Positions 11,407 to 20,648 of a stretch of 64,000 nucleotides of DNA are shown here, in pieces (position 1 is the stretch's first letter; each line of letters starts with the position of its first letter). The notes below the pieces were generated by a model, which saw only the letters and a list, made by a program, of their open reading frames with translations, was not told the origin of the DNA and made no database searches. Source of the DNA: Burkholderiales bacterium (GTDB taxonomy: Bacteria; Pseudomonadota; Gammaproteobacteria; Burkholderiales; SG8-39). The stretch is taken from positions 9,285-73,284 of the forward strand of contig JADLAV010000026.1 in the NCBI GenBank assembly GCA_020848075.1, written 5' to 3'. Position numbers and translations under genes: made by a program.

Positions 11407-11459
11407 ATAATTTCGTGATTATAAACGGAAGCGCCTGTTCAGGAACAAGAATCATTCTT
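11407..11459. promoter_or_regulatory. AT-rich divergent fbpC/fbpB control region with two palindromes (candidate Fur sites)
   Basis: ATAAT-ttcgtg-ATTAT lies at 11407-11422 and AAGAATcATTCTT at 11447-11459. The latter matches 9 of 12 positions of the right part of the Fur consensus GATAATGATAATCATTATC by hand alignment. Confidence 0.35.
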
Positions 11460-11552
11460 GGTAATGGGCGAGTGTGCAACGCTTCTTCAGCGGTCCTGCC
11501 GCTCCTTTCGTCGTGCCCATCCTGAGCCGTCGCACGAGCCCCAGCCGACGAC

Positions 11553-13217
11553 ATGACCGAAGTGGTTGCCGCTGCCCGATATCGCCCCGCGCGCCGGCTC
11601 GGCCCGCTCGGCTGGGGCTCGCTCGCCGTGGCCGCGCTCGTGGTCGCGCCGGTGCTCGTCGTCGTAAGCAACGTCTTCCTGCCGAGCGCGACCACCTGGT
11701 CGCATCTCTTGAGCACCGTTCTCCCGGAGTACGTCTGGAACACGGCGATTCTGGTGATCATCGTCGCCGCCGGCGTGATGTCGATCGGCGTCCTTTCGGC
11801 TTGGCTCGCCACCGCGTACCGCTTCCCCGGCCAGCAGGTGCTCGAATGGGCGCTGATCCTGCCGCTCGCGGTTCCGGCATACGTCATGGCCTACGCGTAT
11901 ACCGACTGGCTGCAGTTCACCGGGCCGGTGCAGTCCGCGCTGCGCGAGCTCACCGGCTGGCGCGCGCGCGAGTACTGGTTTCCCGAGATCCGGTCGCTCT
12001 ACGGTGCGGGTGCCATGCTCGCCTTCGCGCTCTATCCCTACGTGTACCTGCTCGCGCGGAACGCCTTTCTCGAACAGTCGCGCACCGCGGTCGAGGCCGG
12101 GCGGTTGCTCGGCTACAGCGCGTGGGGCAGTTTTTGGCGGGTGGCGCTGCCGCTCGCGCGACCTGGCATCGTCGCGGGTACGGCGCTCGCCCTGATGGAA
12201 ACGCTGGCCGACTTCGGCACCGTCTCGTATTTCGCGGTGCAGACCTTCACGACCGGCATCTATCACGCGTGGCTCTCGCTCGGCGACAGCGTGGCCGCCG
12301 GACAGCTCGCGACGTGTCTGCTCGCCTTCGTGCTCATCGTGCTCGCGCTCGAGCGCATCCAGCGCGGCGGTGCCCGCTATGCGACCCAGCGCAAGCCCAC
12401 GCCACCGCATCGATTGCGCGGCTGGCGGGCCGCAGTGGCGTTCCTGCTGTGCGCGGCGCCCGTCCTGTTCGGCTTTCTGCTGCCGGCCGGGATCCTGCTC
12501 GAGCTTGCCCTGACCGATCCGGACGCGCGGCTCGGCGCGCGCCTCTACGCCCTCATCGCGAACAGCTTCACGCTGGCCGGGGTCGCGGCGGTCGTCGCCG
12601 TCGGCGTTGCGATCCTGCTCGCGTACGCTGGGCGGATGACGAAGTCGCCCGTCGTGCCGATCGCGAACCGCGTGGCGGCGCTCGGGTATGCGGTGCCGGG
12701 CACGGTGCTCGCGGTCGGCATCCTCGTGCCCCTTGGCACGCTCGACAATGCCCTCGCGGACTGGATCCACGCGCGGCTCGGCGTGAAGACCGGACTGCTG
12801 CTGACCGGATCGATCTTCGCGCTGGTCTACGCGTGCCTGGTCCGCTTCCTCGCCGTCGCGTTCCAGACGACCGAGGCCGGGCTCGCGCGCGTCACGCCGG
12901 CGATGGACGACGCGGCGCGCAGCCTCGGGCTCTCGCCCAGCCGTACACTCGCCCGCGTGCACGTGCCGATGGTCTGGGGCAGCGTGCTCACAGCGGGGCT
13001 GCTCGTCTTCGTCGACGTGATGAAGGAGCTGCCGATGACCTTCGCGATGCGGCCCTTCAACTTCGACACGCTCGCCGTGGAGGCGTACAACCTCACCAAG
13101 GACGAGCGCCTCGCCGAGGCCGCCATTCCGTCGCTCGTCATCGTCGCGATCGGGCTCCTGCCGCTCGTCGTGCTCTCGCGGCAGATCGCCGGATCGCGGC
13201 GGCGCGGCGCCCCGTGA
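11553..13217 (+). CDS. fbpB: Fe3+ ABC transporter permease (two fused permease domains, FbpB/HitB-type)
   Basis: 554 aa with about 12 hydrophobic helices and two EAA-like loops (RNAFLEQSRTAVEAGRLLG; MDDAARSLG). Confidence 0.9.
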   Translation: MTEVVAAARYRPARRLGPLGWGSLAVAALVVAPVLVVVSNVFLPSATTWSHLLSTVLPEYVWNTAILVIIVAAGVMSIGVLSAWLATAYRFPGQQVLEWALILPLAVPAYVMAYAYTDWLQFTGPVQSALRELTGWRAREYWFPEIRSLYGAGAMLAFALYPYVYLLARNAFLEQSRTAVEAGRLLGYSAWGSFWRVALPLARPGIVAGTALALMETLADFGTVSYFAVQTFTTGIYHAWLSLGDSVAAGQLATCLLAFVLIVLALERIQRGGARYATQRKPTPPHRLRGWRAAVAFLLCAAPVLFGFLLPAGILLELALTDPDARLGARLYALIANSFTLAGVAAVVAVGVAILLAYAGRMTKSPVVPIANRVAALGYAVPGTVLAVGILVPLGTLDNALADWIHARLGVKTGLLLTGSIFALVYACLVRFLAVAFQTTEAGLARVTPAMDDAARSLGLSPSRTLARVHVPMVWGSVLTAGLLVFVDVMKELPMTFAMRPFNFDTLAVEAYNLTKDERLAEAAIPSLVIVAIGLLPLVVLSRQIAGSRRRGAP

Positions 13218-13266
13218 GACGGCGCTGTGCGCGTCTCCTGCGCGTGGCCGGAGGCGCCGCGCCGCG

Positions 13267-14301
13267 TTACTTCCAGCCGGCCTGGTCGGCGAGCTTCTGC
13301 GCGATCGCCTGGTTCCGGCCGAGCTCCGCGACGTTCAGCGCGTCGGTCTTGAACGTGCCGAGCGACGCCAGCGCCGGATTGTTGAGCTTCACGCCCGGCA
13401 CGGTGGGCCACTCGTTGTTGCCGTCGGCGAAGTAGGCCTGCGCCTCGTCGCTCGACAGGTATTCCAGGAACTTCACGGCTGCCGCCTTGTGCGGCGCGTG
13501 CTTGAGCATCCCGCCGCCGGAGATGTTCATGTGCACGCCGCGGTCGCCCTGGTTCGGCCAGACGATGCCGACGCGCTCGACCACCGCCCGGTCGGCGGGC
13601 TTCGACGAGCGCATCAGGCGCACGTAGTAGTAGTGGTTGCCGATCGCGATCGTGCACTCGCCGGCGGCCACCGCGCGCAGCTGATCGGTGTCCCCGCCTT
13701 TCGGGTCGCGTGCGAGGTTCGCCTTGACGCCGTCCACCCAGCGCTTGGCCTTCGCCTCGCCGAGGTGGCTCACCATGCTCGCGATGAGCGAGAGGTTGTA
13801 GGGATGGCTGCTCGAGCGCGTGCAGAGCTGGCCTTTCCACTTCGGATCGGCGAGGTCTTCGTAGCGAGCGATGTCGGCCGGCTTCACCGTGGTCTTGTCG
13901 TAGGCGATCACGCGGGCGCGCGCCGAGAAGCCGAACCACTCGCCCAGCGGGTCGCGGTAGGCGGCCGGGATCCGCTGCTCGAGCACCGCGGATTTGGCCG
14001 GGGCGAAGATCCCGGCCTCGCTCGCGCGCCAGATGCGACCGACGTCGACCGTGATGAAGACGTCGGCGGGGCTGTTCGCGCCTTCGGCCTTGATGCGCTC
14101 GAGGAGCACATCCTCGCCGCCCTCGATGCGATTGACCTTGATGCCGGTCTGCTTGGTGAAATTCGAATAGAGCGCCTCGTCAGTGCTGTAGTGGCGCGCG
14201 GTGTACAGGTTGAGCACCTGCTCTTGGCCGGCCGCGGCGAAAGGCAGAGCGATCAGCACGCCGGTCAATGCTGCGGCGAGCACGTTGTGGATGCGAAACA
14301 T
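13267..14301 (-). CDS. fbpA: Fe3+ ABC transporter periplasmic substrate-binding protein (FbpA/AfuA-type)
   Basis: Signal peptide MFRIHNVLAAALTGVLIALPFAAA. LNLYTARHYSTDEALY...GGMLKHAPHKAAAVKFLEYLSS is typical of ferric-binding proteins. GGAGAA sits before the ATG. Confidence 0.9.
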   Translation of the reverse strand: MFRIHNVLAAALTGVLIALPFAAAGQEQVLNLYTARHYSTDEALYSNFTKQTGIKVNRIEGGEDVLLERIKAEGANSPADVFITVDVGRIWRASEAGIFAPAKSAVLEQRIPAAYRDPLGEWFGFSARARVIAYDKTTVKPADIARYEDLADPKWKGQLCTRSSSHPYNLSLIASMVSHLGEAKAKRWVDGVKANLARDPKGGDTDQLRAVAAGECTIAIGNHYYYVRLMRSSKPADRAVVERVGIVWPNQGDRGVHMNISGGGMLKHAPHKAAAVKFLEYLSSDEAQAYFADGNNEWPTVPGVKLNNPALASLGTFKTDALNVAELGRNQAIAQKLADQAGWK

Positions 14302-14349
14302 CGGGGCTTCTCCGCTCCGTCCCGTTCAGAGTCCGGCCGGCACCATATC

Positions 14350-14368
14350 AAGAGTGAGTCTTATTAGC
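14350..14368 (-). promoter_or_regulatory. Candidate Fur box upstream of fbpA
   Basis: Minus-strand GCTAATAAGACTCACTCTT matches 12 of 19 positions of the Fur consensus (hand count). It lies about 50-67 nt upstream of the fbpA ATG. Confidence 0.3.
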
Positions 14369-14415
14369 AACAGGCGATGCCACTGAATTTCCAGCGTGCT
14401 CCGAAGGGTCTTGCG

Positions 14416-14922
14416 TCAGAGCGCGATGCGCCGCGCGCCGTTGAAGCGGCGCGCCCAGTACTCGAAGCGCATGTCCTCGATGCGGACCGTCCCGCCGGTG
14501 CTCGGGGCGTGGATGAAGCGGCGCTCGCCGAGGTAAATGCCGACGTGCGAGAAGGCGCGGCGCTGCGTGTCGAAGAAGACGAGGTCGCCCGGCAGGAGCG
14601 CCTCCGGCGCGACGCGATGTCCGACCCGGCTCAGCTCGAACGTCGTGCGCGGGAGCTCCACTTGCGCCGCCCGGCGGAACACGTAGGCAACCAGGCCCGA
14701 GCAGTCGAAGCCCGTTCCGCGCGAGGCGCCGCCTTCGGCGTAGGGTGCGCCGAGCGTGCTGAGCGCGAAGAGGGCGATCTCGTCGCCCGCCGCGGTCTCC
14801 GCCCCTGTGGTTCGAGCCGGCTCCGGCGCCTCCTGGACGTTTCCGGAGAGTGGGGGTGCGATTGTGCAGCCGATCGTCATCGACGCAACAAAACCGCAGA
14901 TAAACATTGTCTTGTGACGCAT
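14416..14922 (-). CDS. NlpC/P60 (C40) family peptidoglycan endopeptidase lipoprotein
   Basis: Lipobox MTIGC. Catalytic region FDCSGLVAYVF...AFSHVGIYLGERRFIHAP. Confidence 0.85.
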   Translation of the reverse strand: MRHKTMFICGFVASMTIGCTIAPPLSGNVQEAPEPARTTGAETAAGDEIALFALSTLGAPYAEGGASRGTGFDCSGLVAYVFRRAAQVELPRTTFELSRVGHRVAPEALLPGDLVFFDTQRRAFSHVGIYLGERRFIHAPSTGGTVRIEDMRFEYWARRFNGARRIAL

Positions 14923-15152
14923 CCTTCAAGTAATCTAGGCAATGATGGCCAAAATTGCAAGGCGCATCGCTCACCCGGCCGAGCCGAGCGCCGCTGTGTG
15001 CTCCGCCCTGGAGGCTCTGCCAACCTGCGACGGTCCGCCGGTCGCGGTAGGCTCGCGTTAATGCAACATCCGCGGTCCGCGACACGCGCGATCCGGAACA
15101 CGCGGGGCCCGGAGCACGCGCAGTCCCGCCCGCGGCGCGCGACAGGAGCACG

Positions 15153-15989
15153 ATGAAGGCATTCCAGCGCTTGGCATTCGCCCTCGCATTCGGGCTCGGG
15201 CTGTGGAGCGCGTCGGCGCTGGCCGACGAAGTGGAAGTGATCCAGCTCCAGTACCGTACGGCCGAGCAGATGATTCCGACCTTGCGGCCGCTCGTTGCAC
15301 CCGGCGGTGCGCTCACGGGGATGCAGAGCTCGCTCGTCATCCGCTCGAGCCGCGCGAACATCGAGGAGATCAAGCGCATCGTCGCCTCGCTCGACCGCGC
15401 GCCGCGGCGGCTGCTCATTTCGGTCCGGCAGGATTCCGCCGCGACCTCGCGCGATCGCGCCGTCGCCGGGTCGGCCACGATCGCCGGCGACCGCGGGCGG
15501 GTCTCGGTCGGGCCAGGCGCACCCACGGAGAGCGGCGCGACCGTGCGCATTGCGGACGCGGCCCGCGCGGACGATGACCGATTGGCGCAGCAGGTGCAGG
15601 CCCTCGAAGGCAGCCCGGCGCTCATCAGCGTCGGCGAGAGCGTCCCCGTTCCCCTGCGCAGCGTGACCCGCGGGCCCGGCGGGGCGATCGTGAGCGACAC
15701 GGTGGTCTATCGCGACACCGGTAGCGGCTTCTCTGTGGTGCCGCGCGTCGCCGGCGAGCGTGTGACGCTCGAGATCAGCCCGCAGCGCGAGAGCGTCGGG
15801 CGCCATGGTCCCGGCAGCGTGAACACGCAACGCGTCGTCACGACGGTGACCGGCAGGCTGGGCGAGTGGCTCGAGCTCGGCGGCATCGACCAGAGCGCGA
15901 CGCGCGACGAGCGTGGATTCCTGTCGAGCGGGAGGACGGGGCGTCAGTCCAGCGCGCGCGTCTGGGTGAAGGTGGACGAGATCAAGTGA
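15153..15989 (+). CDS. Mini-secretin: a signal peptide, a Secretin_N-like domain and a short secretin-core-like C-terminus (278 aa)
   Basis: AGGAG precedes the ATG. Signal peptide ...LWSASALA. The N-terminal part reads VEVIQLQYRTAEQMIPTLRPLV...SSLVIRSSRANIEEIKRIVASLD. The C-terminal part carries ALISVGESVPVP, GFSVVPRVAGERVTLEISPQ and LGEWLELGGI. Confidence 0.7.
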   Translation: MKAFQRLAFALAFGLGLWSASALADEVEVIQLQYRTAEQMIPTLRPLVAPGGALTGMQSSLVIRSSRANIEEIKRIVASLDRAPRRLLISVRQDSAATSRDRAVAGSATIAGDRGRVSVGPGAPTESGATVRIADAARADDDRLAQQVQALEGSPALISVGESVPVPLRSVTRGPGGAIVSDTVVYRDTGSGFSVVPRVAGERVTLEISPQRESVGRHGPGSVNTQRVVTTVTGRLGEWLELGGIDQSATRDERGFLSSGRTGRQSSARVWVKVDEIK

Positions 15990-17968
15990 GCGACGCGGGC
16001 GGGACGCCGCAGAGTGCCGCGCTCGATGCGGCGTTTGCCCCGGGCGGACCGCTCGCGCGCTCGGTCGCAGGCTATCGCGTGCGCCCGCAGCAGGTGGCGC
16101 TGGCGCGGCGCATCGAAGAGGCGATCCGCGCACGGCGCACGCTCGTGGCCGAGGCGGGCACCGGCACCGGCAAGACCTTCGCATATCTCGTGCCCGCCGT
16201 CGCGAGCGGCGGCAAGGTGCTCGTCTCGACCGGCACCAAGACGCTGCAGGACCAGCTCTTTCGGCGCGACCTTCCGACGATCCGGCAGGCGCTCGGGCTT
16301 CCGCTCGCCATCGCGCTGCTGAAGGGACGGGCGAACTATGTCTGCCACCATCACCTCGCGCGCAACCTCGAGGATGGGCGCCTGCCGAGCCGCGAAGCGG
16401 CGCACGATCTGCAAGTCATCGCCGGGTTCGCGCGGCGCAGCCAGACCGGCGACAAGGCGGAGCTCCCCGAGATCCCGGAGGATTCGGAGGCCTGGGCGCT
16501 CGCCACGTCGAGCCGCGACAACTGTCTCGGCCAGAGCTGCGCCCACTTTCGCGAGTGCTTCGTCATGCGCGCGCGCCGGGACGCGCTCGCGGCCGAGGTC
16601 GTGGTGGTGAACCACCACCTGTTCTTCGCCGACGTCGTGCTGCGCGACGAGGGAATGGCGGAGCTGCTGCCGACCTGCGACACGGTGATCCTGGACGAGG
16701 CGCATCAGCTGCCGGACACGGCCACGCTCTTCTTCGGCCAATCCGTCACGACAGGCCAGGCGCTCGATCTCGGCCGCGACGTGCTCGCCGAGGCGCTTGC
16801 CGAAGCACCCGACGTTCCGGAGCTGCGCGAGCTCGTGCGGGCGCTGGAGCGCGCCGCGCGCGATCTCCGCCTCGCAATCGACCTCAAGGATGGCCGGCTC
16901 CCGGCGGCCGCGCTCGCGCGGAACGAGGCGTTCTGCGGGGGCACTGCGCGCCTCGCCGCCGCCACCGGCCGGCTCGCTGCGGCGCTCGCGGCGCTTGCGG
17001 AGCGCGGTGAGGGCACCGCCAACTGCGCCGAGCGCGCTCGCGCGCTCGGCGCTCGACTGGAGGCGTGGCGCAGCGACGCGGGCGAGGAACGCGTGCGTTG
17101 GGTCGAAGCGCGCACGCACTCGCTCGCGCTGCACGCCACGCCGCTCTCGGTGGCACCGATCTTCCGCCGCCAGATCGAGGAGCGGCCGCGCGCATGGATC
17201 TTCACCTCGGCCACGCTCGCCGTGGACGGGGACTTCTCCCACTTCCAGCGCATGCTCGCGCTCGAGGACGCCGACACGGCGAGCTGGGGCAGCCCTTTCG
17301 ACTACGCGAACCAGGCGCTCCTCTACCTGCCGCGCGCGCTGCCGGAGCCGAACAGCGCGGCGCACACCGACGCGGTCGTGGACGCCGCGCTGCCGGTCAT
17401 CCGGGCGAGCGGTGGCCGTGCGTTCCTGCTGTTCACGACGCTCCGCGCGATGCGGCGCGCGCACGTGCGCCTCGGCGAGGCGCTGCGCGAGAGCGGCCTT
17501 GCATTCCCGCTCCTCGTGCAGGGCCAGGGAACCCGCAGCGCGCTGCTCGAGCGCTTTCGCCGTCTGCGCAACGCCGTGCTGGTGGGTGCAGCGAGCTTCT
17601 GGGAAGGCGTGGACGTCCGCGGCGAGGCGCTATCGGTCGTCGTGATCGACAAGCTGCCGTTCGCGCCGCCGGACGATCCGGTGTTCGCCGCGCGGCTGGC
17701 AGCGCTGAAGCGCGCCGGCCGCAACGCCTTCCTCGAGCTGCAATTGCCGGCCGCGGCGCTGCTCCTGAAGCAGGGCGCCGGCCGGCTCATTCGTGACGAA
17801 CAGGACCGCGGCGTCCTGGTCATCTGCGATCCGCGCCTGGTGACGCGCGGCTACGGGGCTCAGCTGATCGCGAGCCTGCCGCCGATGCGGCGCACGCGCG
17901 AGCTGGACGATGTTCGCAGCTTCTTCGCCGCGGCTGCGCCCGCACGCGACGTCGCGGCGGCTGGGTAG
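15986..17968 (+). CDS. DinG/YoaA-family (XPD-like, Fe-S) ATP-dependent DNA helicase
   Basis: AEAGTGTGKTFAYLVPA (Walker A), a Cys cluster (YVCHHH, DNCLGQSCAHFRECF), DEAHQL, and the C-terminal helicase motifs. GTG at 15986 overlaps the upstream stop (GTGA) and is the only in-frame start just before the conserved N-terminus. Confidence 0.9.
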   Translation: MSDAGGTPQSAALDAAFAPGGPLARSVAGYRVRPQQVALARRIEEAIRARRTLVAEAGTGTGKTFAYLVPAVASGGKVLVSTGTKTLQDQLFRRDLPTIRQALGLPLAIALLKGRANYVCHHHLARNLEDGRLPSREAAHDLQVIAGFARRSQTGDKAELPEIPEDSEAWALATSSRDNCLGQSCAHFRECFVMRARRDALAAEVVVVNHHLFFADVVLRDEGMAELLPTCDTVILDEAHQLPDTATLFFGQSVTTGQALDLGRDVLAEALAEAPDVPELRELVRALERAARDLRLAIDLKDGRLPAAALARNEAFCGGTARLAAATGRLAAALAALAERGEGTANCAERARALGARLEAWRSDAGEERVRWVEARTHSLALHATPLSVAPIFRRQIEERPRAWIFTSATLAVDGDFSHFQRMLALEDADTASWGSPFDYANQALLYLPRALPEPNSAAHTDAVVDAALPVIRASGGRAFLLFTTLRAMRRAHVRLGEALRESGLAFPLLVQGQGTRSALLERFRRLRNAVLVGAASFWEGVDVRGEALSVVVIDKLPFAPPDDPVFAARLAALKRAGRNAFLELQLPAAALLLKQGAGRLIRDEQDRGVLVICDPRLVTRGYGAQLIASLPPMRRTRELDDVRSFFAAAAPARDVAAAG

Positions 17969-18014
17969 CGGGCCGGCATTCGAGCGCTCGCTGGCCGGCG
18001 GCCGGTGGGTCCCG

Positions 18015-18812
18015 CTAGTTCCGCGGCTTCCAGACCTGCCACCAGGCCGGCTCGGGGACGACCGCGCCGCCCTGCAGGAGCTTGCTGTTCGGAAAGTTCG
18101 TGCTCAGCACGCGCTCCGCGCCGTCGCGGAGATCCTTCATGCCGAGTCGATCGTAGGCGCGTACCATGATGTAGAGCGCTTCCTCGGTCGCCGGCGTCTC
18201 CGGATAAGTCTTCACGGCGAACTGCGCCCGGTTCGCCGCCGCCACGAAAGCGCCTCGCCGGTAGTAGTAGCGCGCGACGGATACCTCGTGCGAGGCAAGT
18301 CCGTTCACCAGGTAGTTCATCCGGTCGATCGCGTCGGGAGTGTACTTGCTCTTCGGATACTTGGTCACGAGCTCCTTGAACGCCGTGAACGAATCGTGCG
18401 CCGAGCGGGGATCGCGGTCCGCGGGGTCCTCGGACATCAGCCGCGCGAGCGCGCTCTGGTCCTCGTAGAAGCTGACGACGCCCTTCAGGTAGTACGCGTA
18501 GTCGACGTTCGGGTGATTGGGGTGCAGCTTGATGAAGCGATCGCACGCGGCGGTCGCCGAGGCCGGATCGCCGTTGCGGTAGTAGGCGTAGGCGATTTCC
18601 AGCTGAGCCTGCTGCGCGTAGCGCCCGTAGGGAAACCGCGCCTCGAGCTTCTCGAAGTACGAGATCGCGGTCTCGTAGTTGCCGCTGGAGAGCTCGTCCT
18701 TCGCCTCGGTGTAGAGCCGTTGCGCCGTCCAGCCGACCGTCGGGTCGTCGGCGCTGAACCTGCCGCAGCCTGCGAGCAGGACGATGAGCAGAACCGCTAA
18801 ACTACGCCACAT
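18015..18812 (-). CDS. bamD: Outer membrane protein assembly factor BamD
   Basis: ATG at 18812 gives MWRSLAVLLIVLLAGCG (lipobox), followed by TPR-like repeats (LYTEAKDELSSGNYETAISYFEKLEARFP). Confidence 0.9.
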   Translation of the reverse strand: MWRSLAVLLIVLLAGCGRFSADDPTVGWTAQRLYTEAKDELSSGNYETAISYFEKLEARFPYGRYAQQAQLEIAYAYYRNGDPASATAACDRFIKLHPNHPNVDYAYYLKGVVSFYEDQSALARLMSEDPADRDPRSAHDSFTAFKELVTKYPKSKYTPDAIDRMNYLVNGLASHEVSVARYYYRRGAFVAAANRAQFAVKTYPETPATEEALYIMVRAYDRLGMKDLRDGAERVLSTNFPNSKLLQGGAVVPEPAWWQVWKPRN

Positions 18813-18831
18813 GTTGCGAACCGATCGGGAA

Positions 18832-19899
18832 ATGACGACTTCGAACAGGCGCACAGGTCCTCGCAACCAGCCGCGCCGAGACCCGCGCGAGACGCCGCCG
18901 CGTCCGCCCGCACGGAAGGACGCACGCGGCAAAGCGCTCCGGGATGCGGGCGACCGACGCCGCCTGGGAACGTCGGGCGCGCCGGATTATAGCGCCGCCG
19001 TCGACCGGCGAGTCCCCGACCAACTTGCCGGCCTGCGGCTCGACCAGGCCCTCGCGCGCATGTTTCCAGAGCACTCCCGCAGCCGCATGCAGGCGTGGCT
19101 GCGCGAGGGAAGGATCACGGTCGACTCGGCGCGCGTCGAGGGCAAGCGCAAGGTGTGGGGCGGGGAGCGCGTGCGCCTCGAGTCCGGCGTTGCGCCGCGC
19201 GAGACGGCCGCGCAGCCCGAAGCCATCCCCCTCGACATCGTCCACGAGGACGAAGCGCTCCTCGTGATCGACAAGCCGGCCGGGCTGGTCGTGCACCCGG
19301 GCAGCGGCAATTGGCGCGGAACGCTGTTGAACGCGATCCTGCACCACGCACCGCAGACCGCCGCGCTGCCGCGCGCGGGGATCGTCCATCGCCTGGACAA
19401 GGACACGAGCGGGCTGCTCGTGGTCGCAAAGACGCTTGCGGCGCAGACGGCGCTCGCGCGCCAGCTGCACGCGCGCACCGTGCGGCGCGAGTACGTCGCG
19501 CTCGTCCACGGGAAGCTCGCGATGAGCGGGACGGTGGACGCGCCGATCGGGCGCCACCCGGTGCAACGCACCCGCATGGCGGTCGCCGCGCGCGGCAAGC
19601 CGGCGCGCACGCACTATGCGGTCCTGCGCCGATTCGCAAACGCGACGCTGGTGCAGTGCCGCCTGGAAACCGGGCGCACGCATCAGATCCGCGTGCACAT
19701 GCACGCCATCGGCCATCCGCTCGTCGGCGACCCGGTGTACGGCAGGCGCACGGGGGTCGCCGCGGCGCTCGCGGCGTTTCCACGCCAGGCGCTGCATGCC
19801 GCGCGCCTCGCGCTGACGCACCCGGTGACGCGGTCGGAGGTGTGCTGGGAATCGCCGCTGCCGGCGGACATCCGGACGCTCCTGGATTCGATCGGTTGA
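18832..19899 (+). CDS. rluD: 23S rRNA pseudouridine synthase RluD (start uncertain; about 60-aa Arg/Pro-rich N-terminal extension)
   Basis: S4 domain LRLDQALARMFPEHSRSRMQAWLREGRITV and catalytic HRLDKDTSGLLVVAK. In-frame ATGs occur only at 18784, 18811 and 18832. Confidence 0.85.
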   Translation: MTTSNRRTGPRNQPRRDPRETPPRPPARKDARGKALRDAGDRRRLGTSGAPDYSAAVDRRVPDQLAGLRLDQALARMFPEHSRSRMQAWLREGRITVDSARVEGKRKVWGGERVRLESGVAPRETAAQPEAIPLDIVHEDEALLVIDKPAGLVVHPGSGNWRGTLLNAILHHAPQTAALPRAGIVHRLDKDTSGLLVVAKTLAAQTALARQLHARTVRREYVALVHGKLAMSGTVDAPIGRHPVQRTRMAVAARGKPARTHYAVLRRFANATLVQCRLETGRTHQIRVHMHAIGHPLVGDPVYGRRTGVAAALAAFPRQALHAARLALTHPVTRSEVCWESPLPADIRTLLDSIG

Positions 19900-20648
19900 G
19901 CGCACCTTTCCCGCACGGCTGGATCGCGCCGCAATGGCCTGCGCCAGCGCACGTGCGCGCGGTCTCGACCACTCGCGCGGGCGGCTGCAGCCACGGCGCT
20001 TACGCATCGCTCAACCTGGGCACGCGCGTCGGCGACGACCCGGGCGCGGTCGAGCGCAACCGCGAGGTGCTGCGCGGCGCATTGCACGTCGAGCCGCTCT
20101 GGCTGCACCAGGTCCACGGCACCGAAGTCGTCGACGCGGAAAGCGCACCGCCGCTCGCGCACGCGGATGCCGCGGTGTCGCGCACGCGCCATCGGGTCTG
20201 CGCGGTACTCACCGCGGACTGCCTCCCGGTGCTGCTGGCCGATCGCGCGGGCGAGGTCGTGGCCGTCGCGCATGCGGGCTGGCGCGGGCTGGCGGGAGAC
20301 GCGCGCGGGGGAATCATCGAGGCGACCGTCGCGCGCATGAACGTGCCCGGCGATCGGCTCGTCGCCTGGCTCGGACCGGCGATCGGCCAGGCCGCCTACG
20401 AGGTCGGTGAGGACGTGCATCGCGCGTTCGTGGGGCCTGATCCGGCTGCGGCCGCCGCGTTTCGTGCCGGCCGCGCCGGGAAATTCCACGCCGATCTCGC
20501 CGCGCTCGCGCGACGCCGTCTCGAGGCCGCGGGCGTGACCGCGGTGTACGGGGGCGGCTACTGCACGTTCAGCGACCGCGAGCGGTTCTTCTCCTATCGA
20601 CGCGACGGCGCGACCGGGCGGATGGCGACCCTCATCTGGCTCGATTGA
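19896..20648 (+). CDS. pgeF: Peptidoglycan editing factor PgeF (YfiH, laccase-domain protein)
   Basis: The TTG start overlaps the rluD stop (TTGA). Motifs: QVHG, CAVLTADCLPVL, VAHAGWRG, FFSYRRDGATGRMATLIWL. Confidence 0.9.
   Translation: MSAPFPHGWIAPQWPAPAHVRAVSTTRAGGCSHGAYASLNLGTRVGDDPGAVERNREVLRGALHVEPLWLHQVHGTEVVDAESAPPLAHADAAVSRTRHRVCAVLTADCLPVLLADRAGEVVAVAHAGWRGLAGDARGGIIEATVARMNVPGDRLVAWLGPAIGQAAYEVGEDVHRAFVGPDPAAAAAFRAGRAGKFHADLAALARRRLEAAGVTAVYGGGYCTFSDRERFFSYRRDGATGRMATLIWLD

Noticed and set aside
11382-13266. A recent site-specific or IS-mediated inversion of the fbpB segment.
   Set aside because: I found no inverted repeats, recombinase gene or IS remnants at either border. Both junctions look like ordinary promoter and terminator spacers. 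The observation is kept only as an orientation oddity.
15866-15985. An upstream ATG extension of the DinG/YoaA helicase ORF.
   Set aside because: It would overlap the mini-secretin gene by 120 nt and add Arg-rich residues with no homology. GTG 15986 matches where YoaA-type proteins begin.
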